Of a stretch of 64,000 nt of DNA, positions 9,478-19,108 are shown in pieces. The notes below the pieces were generated by a model. That model had not been told where the DNA came from. It saw only the letters and a program-made list of their open reading frames with translations, and ran no database searches. Each line of letters begins with the position of its first letter. Within the stretch, counting starts at the first letter, position 1. Source of the stretch: an uncultured Nitrososphaerota archaeon (lineage in GTDB: Archaea; Thermoproteota; Nitrososphaeria; Nitrososphaerales; Gagatemarchaeaceae); NCBI GenBank assembly GCA_963703285.1, contig OY969807.1, positions 1,152,001-1,216,000 on the forward strand, read 5' to 3'. The translations under genes were made by a program, and so were the position numbers.

Positions 9478-9756
9478 GGGCCTGGCCCACTTAATCTAGT
9501 CTGGTCAAGAGTTCTTGTCGCCGCGCTCAGTTATGGCAGCGCGGAAATCAACCCTTGAACGAGTCGAGGAAGCTATCTGACGGCCCGAAGACGCTCCGCC
9601 CTAGCTGTGGCCAGGAGGACGGGGGGCCCCGCTCTGCGGCCGACCCGCGGGTCGGAATCAATCGTCGACCTCAGACGAGTCGCGGCGATTTAAGAGTTTG
9701 GTCGAAGGCACTGGAGATTCCTTCCAGACCGAGCTGGGAAGAACCCAGCCCAGGGT

Positions 9757-10050
9757 TCAAGAGCCTTTCAGCCCCAGGGCGGCCTCCCCGGGGTCTATTC
9801 CGGCGCTGTACAGCGATTCCATGATGGCGTGGACCAGCTCCATCGCTGACGCAGGGCTCAGCTCCACCGCTACCCTTGCTCCCGGCGCCTCCTTCTCGTT
9901 GAAGAAGTCTATGTTGATGCCCTGCGGCATCGAGGTGTGGTACGAGCAGTCGTATGTGACGACCACCTCGTCAAGCTTGAACCAGTCGTCGGCGGCCTTT
10001 CCCGCTCCCGCCACCTTTGCCCTCTGGACTATACCCGTGCACACGCCCAT
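9757..10050 (-). CDS. DUF6295-like protein
   Basis: CT.IV...GAGK...WF...NIDFFN...GARVAVELSPASA pattern; starts immediately after the hydrolase stop. Confidence 0.7.
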   Translation of the reverse strand: MGVCTGIVQRAKVAGAGKAADDWFKLDEVVVTYDCSYHTSMPQGINIDFFNEKEAPGARVAVELSPASAMELVHAIMESLYSAGIDPGEAALGLKGS

Positions 10051-10058
10051 TCACCCCC

Positions 10059-10844
10059 CTATGAGCTCCCCGGCGTCCCTAGGTTCTTCTCCAGGAACGC
10101 GAAGATCCTCTTCCAGCCGTCTACCGCCTGCTCCTGCCTGTAGGCTGGCCTGTCGTAGTAGAAGAAGCCGTGACCGGCCTTCGGATACGTGTGGAACTCG
10201 TAGCTCTTCCCGAGGTTCTTGAGCAGCTCCTCGTGCTGAGCGACCTGCTGGGGCGTGGGAAACTGGTCTTCCTCGCCGAACAAGCCCAGCAGGGGGCAAG
10301 AAAGGTCCTTCGTGTAGTCGATGGGGGCCACCGGCGTCTTCGGCGTCAGCTCCTGGGGTGTCATCACCACGCGTCCTCCCCAGCAGTCCACCACCGCTCC
10401 GAAGCCCTTGCTTCTGCATCCCGCCAGGAACGCGTGGCGGCCTCCCGAACACGTCCCGAAGACGCCGACCCTGCCGGTGCACGTCGGAAGTGTGGCCACG
10501 TAATTCCGCGCCGCGGCGGCATCGCCGACCGCCTGGTCGTCCGGTATCCCCCCCTCGGCGCGAGCCTTCGCCGCGATGTCCTCCGGCGAGCCGTGGCCGA
10601 GGCGAAAGTAGAGGTTGGGGCTGATCGCCAGGTAGCCGTGGTGCGCGAACCTTCGCGTGGCCTCCCTGTACCACTCGTCCCATCCGGGAGCGTGGTGCAT
10701 CAGCACGATTCCGGGGTTCGGCCCGGGGCCTAGCGGTCGGGCGAAGTACGCGTTGATGACGTCGCCGTTGTATCCCGTCATCGTCACCGTCTCCGCGAGC
10801 ATCCCTTCGTACATGTCCGTCCTGTATTGTTGCTGGTGAGCCAA
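10059..10844 (-). CDS. Dienelactone hydrolase family protein
   Basis: GTCSGG nucleophile elbow, GEED, YPKAGHGF. Confidence 0.9.
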   Translation of the reverse strand: MAHQQQYRTDMYEGMLAETVTMTGYNGDVINAYFARPLGPGPNPGIVLMHHAPGWDEWYREATRRFAHHGYLAISPNLYFRLGHGSPEDIAAKARAEGGIPDDQAVGDAAAARNYVATLPTCTGRVGVFGTCSGGRHAFLAGCRSKGFGAVVDCWGGRVVMTPQELTPKTPVAPIDYTKDLSCPLLGLFGEEDQFPTPQQVAQHEELLKNLGKSYEFHTYPKAGHGFFYYDRPAYRQEQAVDGWKRIFAFLEKNLGTPGSS

Positions 10845-10976
10845 GACGGCTTTGGTTTCAGAGTTCTTCGGTTAAAGCGTTCCGAACTATCGGTGGACCC
10901 GTCCGGAGCCGCCCCCTGAACACCCCAAGAGTTCGTGTACACTCTCGACCACTTGAGCATCCCCAGACATAGGACC

Positions 10977-11654
10977 CTACTCCGATATCTTCTCGCTCAA
11001 GACCTGATAGGCCTTCGGTCCCAGCTTCTCCTGCACTATCATCACGATGTCTTCGTAGCTGAGAAACGCGTCGAGAATGCTGACACCATTCCTGTAGAGC
11101 AGCTCCGTGATGAACGAGACGATCCCCGGGACCTTCTCCGCTCCCGCAGGCATCCGAACCGTGATCTTTGCGACGCTCCTCTTCAGGGTCAGCGGGTATC
11201 TCATGGAGAGCGCGCTCTCGAGGAGGAGGGCGTCCTCCTCCTCGGCTATCACCTTGACGGAGTTGGGGAGCTGGAAGATGTTCGGCGTCCCGCTGAGCTT
11301 GGGTGCCAATCTCAAGATGGCCTGGATGACCTGATGCGCGTCGGAGCCCTTCGCCCCGATCGTCACGTCGACCGCTCCCCCCGCCAGATTCAGCCTGGCG
11401 CCCTTGAGGATGGCAGACATCTCCTCCATCTTGCCTTCAGACAGGCGGTCGGAGAACCTCTTGATCGCCACCACGATTGTCTCCATGTTGGCCCCCTTTC
11501 CGGTCAGCTCCTCCACCTCGGAAGAGATTCTCGAAGCGACAGCGTGGTAGTTGACTATCTTGAGCTTCACGGCCTCGTAGACCACATAGTTTCGCAGGAT
11601 TATCGTGGCAACCGCGTCGCTCACCGGGACGTTGTTGCCTTGTGAATCGGTCAT
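10977..11654 (-). CDS. Archaeal ACT-domain protein with HTH-like N-terminus
   Basis: IVNYHAVASRI...TIVVAIKR N-domain; VPGIVSFITELLYRNGVSI ACT motif. Confidence 0.78.
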   Translation of the reverse strand: MTDSQGNNVPVSDAVATIILRNYVVYEAVKLKIVNYHAVASRISSEVEELTGKGANMETIVVAIKRFSDRLSEGKMEEMSAILKGARLNLAGGAVDVTIGAKGSDAHQVIQAILRLAPKLSGTPNIFQLPNSVKVIAEEEDALLLESALSMRYPLTLKRSVAKITVRMPAGAEKVPGIVSFITELLYRNGVSILDAFLSYEDIVMIVQEKLGPKAYQVLSEKISE

Positions 11655-11680
11655 TCCCCGTCGTGCGGATTCAACGAGGT

Positions 11681-11738
11681 CAGTTATAAGTATGACTGAA
11701 CATATAGATAGACCTATATAGTGTCATATCTATGACAC
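11681..11738. promoter_or_regulatory. Twin operator palindromes GTCATA-N2-TATGAC in a divergent promoter
   Basis: CAGTTATAAGTATGACTG (11681-11698) and perfect GTGTCATA-TC-TATGACAC (11721-11738). Confidence 0.65.
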
Positions 11739-11749
11739 ATTGAAATACT

Positions 11750-12265
11750 ATGATAACAACGACAATGAATCCGACAACCATAATCGCCAACATCCAACCA
11801 AAAATGCGCAACCAAGTGGCTGAGCAGTTGAGCAGGATCCAGGGGATCACCTACTCCTCACCACTGACCGGCAGATTCGACTTTGCCATCGAGCTGAAGG
11901 CAGCCGACCCGAGGCAGGTCTACGAGCTGGTCAACAAGGTGCGCTCCATAAGCGGAGTCACATCGACTAGGACCTACACCCCATTCGAGGGATTTGCTAA
12001 CGGCAAGAACATCCAGGCAACCGACTCTCTTGCGCTAGTGCTGCTCCGCGTCAACGAGCACGTACAAGCACAGAATGTACTGCAATCCATCGAGAACTTC
12101 CCGCAAGTCCGCAGTGCTTATGTCGTCCCTGGTGAGTTCGACGTCCTCGCGACCGTCTACGGAAAGAACCAAGATGAGATTCTCTCCCAGGTCTCGAAGA
12201 TGGACGACGTCCAGGGCGTAAGGACCAGCGAGACGCTCTTCGCCTACTTGCCCAAGTGGCAGTAG
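11750..12265 (+). CDS. Tandem Lrp/AsnC ligand-binding (RAM) domain protein without HTH
   Basis: Two repeats: TGRFDF...GVTSTRT and PGEFDV...GVRTSET. Confidence 0.85.
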   Translation: MITTTMNPTTIIANIQPKMRNQVAEQLSRIQGITYSSPLTGRFDFAIELKAADPRQVYELVNKVRSISGVTSTRTYTPFEGFANGKNIQATDSLALVLLRVNEHVQAQNVLQSIENFPQVRSAYVVPGEFDVLATVYGKNQDEILSQVSKMDDVQGVRTSETLFAYLPKWQ

Positions 12266-12266
12266 G

Positions 12267-12283
12267 CTCTCTCTTTTTTCTTA
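12267..12283 (+). terminator. Pyrimidine/T-tract archaeal terminator
   Basis: CTCTCTCTTTTTTCTT directly after the stop codon. Confidence 0.5.
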
Positions 12284-12417
12284 TCAGATCCTGCTGTCCC
12301 CGGAGGGCCACGCGTACGGATGTGCCCCTCCCCAACTTTCCTTCGGGTCGTCCCGAAGCAAGCCCGCTCACGCGACCGTCCAAGGGGCCGTGACATTTCA
12401 GAACCACACCGAAGACC

Positions 12418-14022
12418 TCAGGGGGGAACCTCCTTCCCAGTGCGGCCGTCCAGCAAGACGATCCTCTTCCTCCTCTTCAGGACCATCTCGACTCGGTAAA
12501 GCGGGTACACGAACTCCCTGTACCCCTGCACCTCGGAGTGCTCGACGAGGCCCCTGATGACCTCCCGGAGCGACGCCTCGGACAGGACGTTGTTCTCTAC
12601 GGTCCCCGATTGGGCGACGGGCTCGAGCGCCTGCTCCGAGTCGTGCCAGACGAATCCGGGAAACTCGTAGATGCGCCGGTAGAGGCGTGAGCGGCCCGCC
12701 TGGACCGACCTGACGAGCCTCCTCTGCTCCAGGGCCTTCATCAGCCGCCTGAGCGTCTGGACCGAGACGCCAATCTTACCGGCGACCTCCAGGGCACCCT
12801 TGTCCCTGTCGGTGCTCGTCTCCCTGAGGACCTCGATCTGTTCCGCAGTCAGCCCAATCAGCCCCTGCAGGCCGTCGTGCAGGACGGGTACGTCCCCGAG
12901 CTCGACGAACGCGCCCGTCCGCCCGTCGAGGAGGAGGTACCTCAGGTCGACCCTCTTCCTGAGGACGCCGGCCCTAACAGCGACCGCGAGCTCGACCATG
13001 GGCCGAAGGATCAGGCGAGCGTTCGCGATGGCCTCCCTGCCGCCGAAGAAGATGAAGGCCTTGTCGCGCTTGACCATCGTCGGGACGTCCTCCGGACCGA
13101 ACGTCGGGTTTATCCCGAGGAGGGGGGCCCCTCGGACCGGGACTCCGGGTGCGGACCTCACGGACGGCCCGACCACCGCCGCCGCGCCCTTCGGCCTGAA
13201 CTGTCTGACCACGCGCGGCGTGATCTTGGGGGTTCCTCCTCCGTAACGGGTCTCCTTCACCCTTATGGAGACGACCCTGGGCAAGGCGGACAGCCCTCCC
13301 ATGGCGTAGAACCTTCCGGACGGGAGGGCGGTGAGCTCATTCGGGGATTCTCGCCCCTGGAAGAACTGGCTGACCGCCTGCAGGTCGTTCCTGATTACGA
13401 GCTTACCGATGAGCTGGTTCCCGCACTGGCTCAGTACGTTCTTGTCGACGAGCGAAGGCCGCTGGGTGCAGACCATCAGCCCGACACCCCGCTTCCGCCC
13501 CCTCCTCGCTATCTCGCCGAGGATCGCGACCCGTTCGCCGTTCTGGGGCACGAACCTGTCCGCCTCCTCGACGATGATCAGGTAGGGCGTCCTGCGCCTC
13601 TCGACCTCCTCGTATATGCTCGAGAGGAGGTCCGAGACCTTCTGCCTGGGCTCGTCGGACTCCGAGAGGTCGAGAATCAGTGGGGCGAGGTCGGGCGCCT
13701 GGCTGCCGAGGTCATGGAGGTCGAGGCCTGACCACCGGAGGTCGGATCCCTCCCCGTCGCCGACGAGGACCATCTGGTACTTCTCCTTGAGCCCGGAGTG
13801 CTCACCCTCCGTGTCCACCACCGCGAAGGGCACCCCGCACTTGCAGAGCTCCTCGCAGATCACGCCCACCGCGTAACTCTTTCCAGACCCCGAAGCTCCG
13901 ATCACGCAGGTCCGCCCCGTCGCGACCACGTTGGCGTCGACGTCGAACGGCCCTCTCTCGTCGCTGCCCAGGTGGAGAATCGGGGGCGCCTCTGCGCCGA
14001 GGGTACGGCCGGTGACTTCCAT
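12418..14022 (-). CDS. HerA/DUF87-like ATPase with C-terminal wHTH
   Basis: GASGSGKS Walker A, DTEGEH, IIVEEAD Walker B, RRGRKRG, TQRP; HTH GALEVAGKIGVSVQTLRR. Confidence 0.85.
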   Translation of the reverse strand: MEVTGRTLGAEAPPILHLGSDERGPFDVDANVVATGRTCVIGASGSGKSYAVGVICEELCKCGVPFAVVDTEGEHSGLKEKYQMVLVGDGEGSDLRWSGLDLHDLGSQAPDLAPLILDLSESDEPRQKVSDLLSSIYEEVERRRTPYLIIVEEADRFVPQNGERVAILGEIARRGRKRGVGLMVCTQRPSLVDKNVLSQCGNQLIGKLVIRNDLQAVSQFFQGRESPNELTALPSGRFYAMGGLSALPRVVSIRVKETRYGGGTPKITPRVVRQFRPKGAAAVVGPSVRSAPGVPVRGAPLLGINPTFGPEDVPTMVKRDKAFIFFGGREAIANARLILRPMVELAVAVRAGVLRKRVDLRYLLLDGRTGAFVELGDVPVLHDGLQGLIGLTAEQIEVLRETSTDRDKGALEVAGKIGVSVQTLRRLMKALEQRRLVRSVQAGRSRLYRRIYEFPGFVWHDSEQALEPVAQSGTVENNVLSEASLREVIRGLVEHSEVQGYREFVYPLYRVEMVLKRRKRIVLLDGRTGKEVPP

Positions 14023-14338
14023 TGTACCGCTTCGCGTCCGGGAGGGATTTAATGGTTAGCGAGGCTGCGGGAAGAATCCTCGGCATGCCGAGCTGGGGGA
14101 GCCCACGGGAAAAACGTGAGATATGTCCTTCCTCGTGTTAGATGACAAGACGACGATGCCTCCGCATATATCTGCGCAGAACTGCCTGGGCCATATGGTT
14201 AACCCATTTCATATGTGATTGGTTTATGTCAGTGTCGTCGAGGGCGCGGCTTTGAGGTCAGAAAAAAGATGTCAACCGTCCAAGAAGTCGAGTTCAAGTC
14301 TGTTCCCCCCGACAGAGTTAGAGAGGACGAGCGGCCTG

Positions 14339-14839
14339 ATGGCGAGAAGCGTCCGCAGCGTCAGGATAGGATCCTCCGCTGATGGCGAAAGCAGCGCTGC
14401 GGGCGACTTGGTCCTTCCGGTGGACGGCCGAACCGACATCGAGGCCGCCCTGGAACACTCAATCAAGCTGGCGAAGGCGTACAGCGCCAGGATAGTCCTT
14501 GTGTACGTCACGGACGAGACGGTCGTTCCCAGAGGATATGCAGAGTACGCCAGGGCTGAGAAGATTCGCGATTACTCCCCGGCGTACTTCAGTTCGCTCG
14601 GTGAGACCACGATTGCGAGGTTAAGGAGAAGGATAGAAGATGAGGGCGTGGAGTGCACGGGCCATGCCTTCGTCGGAAGCTTCACCGACGCGATGAAAGC
14701 CTGCCAGCGGGACCCCAGGGTCCTCTTGCTAGTGCTGACTCGTCCCAGGAGATCGGTGCTTGCCAGGCTCGGGATAGGCGGGTTCAGGCTTGGGGCGATA
14801 TCCCGTCTGAACGTGCCCATTGTGTTCGTCCCCGCCTAG
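14339..14839 (+). CDS. Universal stress protein (UspA family)
   Basis: LVLPVDG...ALEHSIKLAKAYSARIVLVYV...VPIVFVP. Confidence 0.78.
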   Translation: MARSVRSVRIGSSADGESSAAGDLVLPVDGRTDIEAALEHSIKLAKAYSARIVLVYVTDETVVPRGYAEYARAEKIRDYSPAYFSSLGETTIARLRRRIEDEGVECTGHAFVGSFTDAMKACQRDPRVLLLVLTRPRRSVLARLGIGGFRLGAISRLNVPIVFVPA

Positions 14840-14863
14840 CCAACAGGTTCCCTCCAGGAAGGA

Positions 14864-15469
14864 CTAGGCAGGCGTGGGTTGAGCCCCATCCGACACGCTT
14901 TGCCTGAACCTCCTGCCGTACGGAAAGAGCTTAGGCACCTGCCGCCTATAGTCCGCGTATCTCGCCCCGAACAGGGCCAGGAGTTCCCTCTCCTCGAACG
15001 GTATCAGGAAGAACCAGTACCAGCCCGTCAGGACCAGCCCCCACATGAGGAGGGGGACAGACTCGACCGCCACCCCGAGCCCGACTACGGCCGCCACCAC
15101 TCCAAAGTACATCGGGCTCCTGACGTAAACATAGGGACCTCTCGGGATGAAAGCTTCCACCCTACCCTCCTTCTCGCCGAGCGGCCTCCTCCGAATCAGT
15201 TTCATGAATGTCGCCGAGGTTGAGACCCAGACGTCCCACGGGCGCCTGAACCTGAAGACGTCAGCTGCTACGGCAAGCCCCGAGACCAGGAGCGCCGCGC
15301 CCAGCAGCCTGATCTCAATCGGGAGGCCGAAGCTCAGCTGGTGTCCAACGAGCGCACCGAGGAGCGCGTATACAGCATATCCAATCCAGTAGGTCGCGGC
15401 GAGGATCAACAGGATCACAAGCCCCGCAATCAACAGGTCCGCCACGCTGAGGGCTCGGTCGGTCTTCAA
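14864..15469 (-). CDS. ICMT/PEMT-like membrane methyltransferase
   Basis: GPYVYVRSPMYFG and EERELLALFGARYADYRRQVP. Confidence 0.85.
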   Translation of the reverse strand: MKTDRALSVADLLIAGLVILLILAATYWIGYAVYALLGALVGHQLSFGLPIEIRLLGAALLVSGLAVAADVFRFRRPWDVWVSTSATFMKLIRRRPLGEKEGRVEAFIPRGPYVYVRSPMYFGVVAAVVGLGVAVESVPLLMWGLVLTGWYWFFLIPFEERELLALFGARYADYRRQVPKLFPYGRRFRQSVSDGAQPTPA

Positions 15470-15526
15470 CAGGAATCCCCACCAGACCCTCGGGTGCTTC
15501 GGAGATATTGGGTTCGGTCTAGGGTA

Positions 15527-15643
15527 CTAGCCTTTGTCGACCTTGGGTACTTTGGTTGCCGTGGCAAGGATCGCATCGTATGTAGAATCCGCGATGAGTC
15601 TGAGTTCAGCTTCTTTCTTCTTGGTCAGCTTCTCCGCGGTCAT
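15527..15643 (-). CDS. 38-aa microprotein (not in ORF track)
   Basis: MTAEKLTKKKEAELRLIADSTYDAILATATKVPKVDKG; ATGA overlap with the upstream ORF stop. Confidence 0.45.
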   Translation of the reverse strand: MTAEKLTKKKEAELRLIADSTYDAILATATKVPKVDKG

Positions 15644-15813
15644 TTTCCTCTTAACCTCTTCTCGTCTCGTTTATACCTTTCCGCCAATTCTTTGTACAGG
15701 AATCGGGCTTCGAGCGAACTGCTGAAGACGATGTGGATCACGTTCCCGACTCTCACCAGCCTTATCGAGGTGGTTCCGATGTCGAATTGGTCAGCCTCGA
15801 CGTCCTCGTTCAT
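15640..15813 (-). CDS. 57-aa hypothetical protein
   Basis: MNEDVEADQFDIG...RLRGK. Confidence 0.5.
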   Translation of the reverse strand: MNEDVEADQFDIGTTSIRLVRVGNVIHIVFSSSLEARFLYKELAERYKRDEKRLRGK

Positions 15814-15917
15814 GACAGGGGACCTTGCCAGTCCTCTTAAGCGGCAAGCATCAGCCTCGGCGGTTTGCTTTAGCCCAAGTGCTGCAGTTTTGCCTTCCCT
15901 GACCGATAGCAAGCAGC

Positions 15918-16400
15918 CTATCTTCCGGCGAACATGCTGGCACTGCCGATTACAGTTAGAAAGCCGGCGAGGCTGACCCCGATGTCAAAGGGAAGCAGGG
16001 TCCCGCTGGCTATCAGGATGAACCATCCGAGGAGGAATGGTATGATACCGAAGATTCCCACCTTCCTCACGTCTACCGCCGAGTACAACCTCCGTGCGAA
16101 GGTTACGATTAGAATGGCGAAGATTACTCCAAGGACTCCTGCGATAGCATTTCCTATCACAAGATACCCGACGGCGCCCAGAAACGTGATGGCTCCGCCA
16201 ATGAGGGTGAGAGCGTATCCGATTCTTGGTCTTCTCTTCGTCGTTCGCGCGTATGTCTTTGCTTGCGGGGCGCCCGAAGCCGGGGGGCTCGCCGCGACAC
16301 GGGCCCCGCAGTTGGGGCAGAAGTCATTGCCTTCTTCGACCGCGGTACCGCAGTGCGGGCAGTACAAACCAAGCTCGCGCGATTCGTCGGTCCGTTTCAT
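15918..16400 (-). CDS. Zn-ribbon plus 4-TM membrane protein
   Basis: CPHCG...FCPNCG followed by four hydrophobic helices. Confidence 0.8.
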   Translation of the reverse strand: MKRTDESRELGLYCPHCGTAVEEGNDFCPNCGARVAASPPASGAPQAKTYARTTKRRPRIGYALTLIGGAITFLGAVGYLVIGNAIAGVLGVIFAILIVTFARRLYSAVDVRKVGIFGIIPFLLGWFILIASGTLLPFDIGVSLAGFLTVIGSASMFAGR

Positions 16401-16482
16401 TTAAGGTTCGTCCCGAACTGATTGGCTGTGACAGTCAGGAGGTCCCTGGGTGTCGATGCTAGTTGCAGGCGCGTGGCAAGAG

Positions 16483-17724
16483 TCAGTAGCTTGCGTTCCT
16501 CAGTTCCCCGAAGGGGACGTAGAGCGCGAGAGATACGACCAGCATCGCCAGCCCAACCGCCAGAAAAATCGTCCCGATGGAGATCAGTCCTGCGAGAGCT
16601 CCGAAGACCACGGCCCCAATCGGAGTCGCGGCGCTGAGGAATGACCGAAGGACGGTTCCCGTGCGACCGAGCAGTTCGTTGGGCACCTTCGTCTGCACGA
16701 GCACCCCCAATGGCAGGTTGACGGCGCCGAGGAACGCTCCCAGTGCGAAGAACACCACGAAGGCGACGGGTACCTCTGTCACCAGGCCCGCGGTCGACAC
16801 CAGAGCCCCGACCGCGGCGACCCCGATCAGGAGGACCTTTCCGACATAACCACGGAAGTTGAGTTTCCCAAGGACGCCCGCACCGACGATCGCCCCCAGC
16901 GCGATGGACGAGAGTTCGAGGCCGTAGGCCAGCCCGTCCCCGTGGAGCTGTAGCTTGACGTACGGTGCCAGCACGGCCGATAGCCCGCCCCCGAAGAAAT
17001 TGACGATGAGGCCGAAGACTATCATCTGCCTGAAAAGACGGCTGCTCCTCACGTACGCGAATCCCTCCCTGAAGCTCTTCCAGAACGGCTCCCTCGGCGA
17101 GGACTCTGGGTGCGTGCCGCTGTGGACCCTCCCGTAGGAGCTCGCCACGAGCCCCAGCAGGGCGGCCGCGACGAAGAAGGTGAGGCTGTCGTAGGTTATC
17201 GAACCGGACGCCCCGATCGTCACCAGGACCACGCCTCCGATCGCATAACCCACCAGCTGATTGGCGGAGCTGGTCAGCGAGAGCAGGCCGTTCGCCGCCC
17301 CCAGGCTGCGCCTCTCGACCACGTTGGGTAGGATTGCGGTGAGTGACGACTGGAAGAACACGGCCCCGGTGTAGAGCAGCAGGACCAGAAAGAGGAGGTA
17401 CGGAAAGGCGAGGACGTGCTCCAGATAGAGGATCGAGAGCGCCGCGGTTATCGCTCCCTCGGCGGCGTTGCTCGCAATCATGATGTTCCTCCTGTTGAGC
17501 CTGTCCGAATAGACGCCGGCGATCGGACCGGCGAACACCTGGGGCAGCGCGACAGCCGCCTGGGTGACCCCGACCAGGACGGGCGAACCGGTGGTCTCGA
17601 GGACGAGCCAGAGGAGCGCGACGTCGAATATCGCGTCTCCAGACACCGATACGAGCTGTGAGGACCAGAGCGCACCGAAGGCGCGACCGCGGAGGAGTTC
17701 GATGTAGCTCGGTCGTTCGCCCAC
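16483..17724 (-). CDS. MFS transporter (DHA3/EntS-like)
   Basis: GVYSDRLNRR motif A; about 12 TM segments. Confidence 0.9.
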   Translation of the reverse strand: MGERPSYIELLRGRAFGALWSSQLVSVSGDAIFDVALLWLVLETTGSPVLVGVTQAAVALPQVFAGPIAGVYSDRLNRRNIMIASNAAEGAITAALSILYLEHVLAFPYLLFLVLLLYTGAVFFQSSLTAILPNVVERRSLGAANGLLSLTSSANQLVGYAIGGVVLVTIGASGSITYDSLTFFVAAALLGLVASSYGRVHSGTHPESSPREPFWKSFREGFAYVRSSRLFRQMIVFGLIVNFFGGGLSAVLAPYVKLQLHGDGLAYGLELSSIALGAIVGAGVLGKLNFRGYVGKVLLIGVAAVGALVSTAGLVTEVPVAFVVFFALGAFLGAVNLPLGVLVQTKVPNELLGRTGTVLRSFLSAATPIGAVVFGALAGLISIGTIFLAVGLAMLVVSLALYVPFGELRNASY

Positions 17725-17782
17725 GAGGGGACGCCTCTTCCTCAGATTTTAAAAGACTGAGCCAGTTACCCGTGCCAGCAGG

Positions 17783-18646
17783 TCACTCGTGGTCCGCCGG
17801 GTTCCGCCAGCCGTGCTCCGGCTGATATCCGAGCACGCGCCTCGCCTTTTCGATCGAGTGCAGGGACTCGTTGGGGCCGAGCTCCTTCCTCAGCGGCACC
17901 CCCGGGAAGACCTCCGCCATGAGCTCCGCGCTGCTCCGGGGCATGACGGTCTCGTCGCTCGCGATGGCGAAGACGTCAGCCCCCCTTATGGGCGCCTCGA
18001 GTGCCCTGCGAACCGCCTGGGCGGCGTCCCGCACGTCGACGTAGCCCCAGAGGTTCCACTTTCGTAGGCGCGCGTCCCCCTGGAACGCGGCGAACTTTGC
18101 GTAGTCCTTGGGGGCCATGATGTTCGAGAACCTGAGCCCGACTATCTTCATGGAGGGCTCCCAGCGGCAGAACTGTTCGGCCATCTCCTCGCAGAGCAGC
18201 TTCGAGAGCGAGTACGCGGTCTCCGGCCTCACCGGGGACTCCTCGTCGATTGGAACGTAGGGAGGCGGCTCGTCGTAGGGGACTCCGGGGATGGAGTCGC
18301 TGGAGGCCCAGACGACGCTCTTGATGCCCAGCCGCCGTGACGCTTCGAAGACGTTGTAGGTGCTCACGATATTGTTGGCGAAGGTGACCGAATCGGGATA
18401 CATCCGCACGCGCATGGCGGCGAGGTGGACAACGCCCACGACGTCCTGAGGCCCGCTCACCGAGGTAGTGAGAGCGCCGACCGTCTGCCCATAGTCATCG
18501 AGGTCGACGATAAGGTCGGGGCAGGGCCTTCCCTCCGGCGCAACCCTGTCGACGCTGACGACGCCGTACCCGTGGGCGAGGAGGTCCCTGACACACACTC
18601 CGCCGAGCTTGCCGCTGCCGCCCGTCACGACCACTTTCTTCGACAA
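17783..18646 (-). CDS. NAD-dependent epimerase/dehydratase
   Basis: TGGSGKLG, VVHLAA, ASS, YSLSK. Confidence 0.9.
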   Translation of the reverse strand: MSKKVVVTGGSGKLGGVCVRDLLAHGYGVVSVDRVAPEGRPCPDLIVDLDDYGQTVGALTTSVSGPQDVVGVVHLAAMRVRMYPDSVTFANNIVSTYNVFEASRRLGIKSVVWASSDSIPGVPYDEPPPYVPIDEESPVRPETAYSLSKLLCEEMAEQFCRWEPSMKIVGLRFSNIMAPKDYAKFAAFQGDARLRKWNLWGYVDVRDAAQAVRRALEAPIRGADVFAIASDETVMPRSSAELMAEVFPGVPLRKELGPNESLHSIEKARRVLGYQPEHGWRNPADHE

Positions 18647-18692
18647 TCCGGGATTGTCGTTCTGTGGCTGCGCTAATATTTATTCCTGAGAG

Positions 18693-19064
18693 ATGGATGT
18701 GGGGGCATCAATGAAGACGGGAGAGACGCGCGTCGTGGCCAGGGTGCAAGGTCCCTCAGGGGATGCCGACGTTGAGATGCTGGCTGACACAGGTTCGACC
18801 TTCACGAAGATAGGCGAATCGCTTGCCAGGAAACTGGGGATCGAGCCCACTGGCTCGGTCGTGGTAGAACTGGCGGATGGGACAGACAGAGAACGTAGGA
18901 TTGCGGAAGCCAAAATCGAGATGACGGGCAACACGGCCACCGTCATGTTACCAATCGGTCCAGATGGGGAAGAGCCTCTGCTTGGCCTGACTACGCTCGA
19001 GAGCCTCCGCCTGAAGGTTAATCCGATCAAACGAAGGCTGGAGCCCGCTAAGCTCATCGAATAA
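18693..19064 (+). CDS. Clan AA (retropepsin-like) aspartyl protease
   Basis: LADTGST and PLLGLTTLESL motifs. Confidence 0.85.
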   Translation: MDVGASMKTGETRVVARVQGPSGDADVEMLADTGSTFTKIGESLARKLGIEPTGSVVVELADGTDRERRIAEAKIEMTGNTATVMLPIGPDGEEPLLGLTTLESLRLKVNPIKRRLEPAKLIE

Positions 19065-19108
19065 GCGTCGACGTCGCAAGCTCGGGCGCGTTTCTATCCG
19101 CTGAAATG

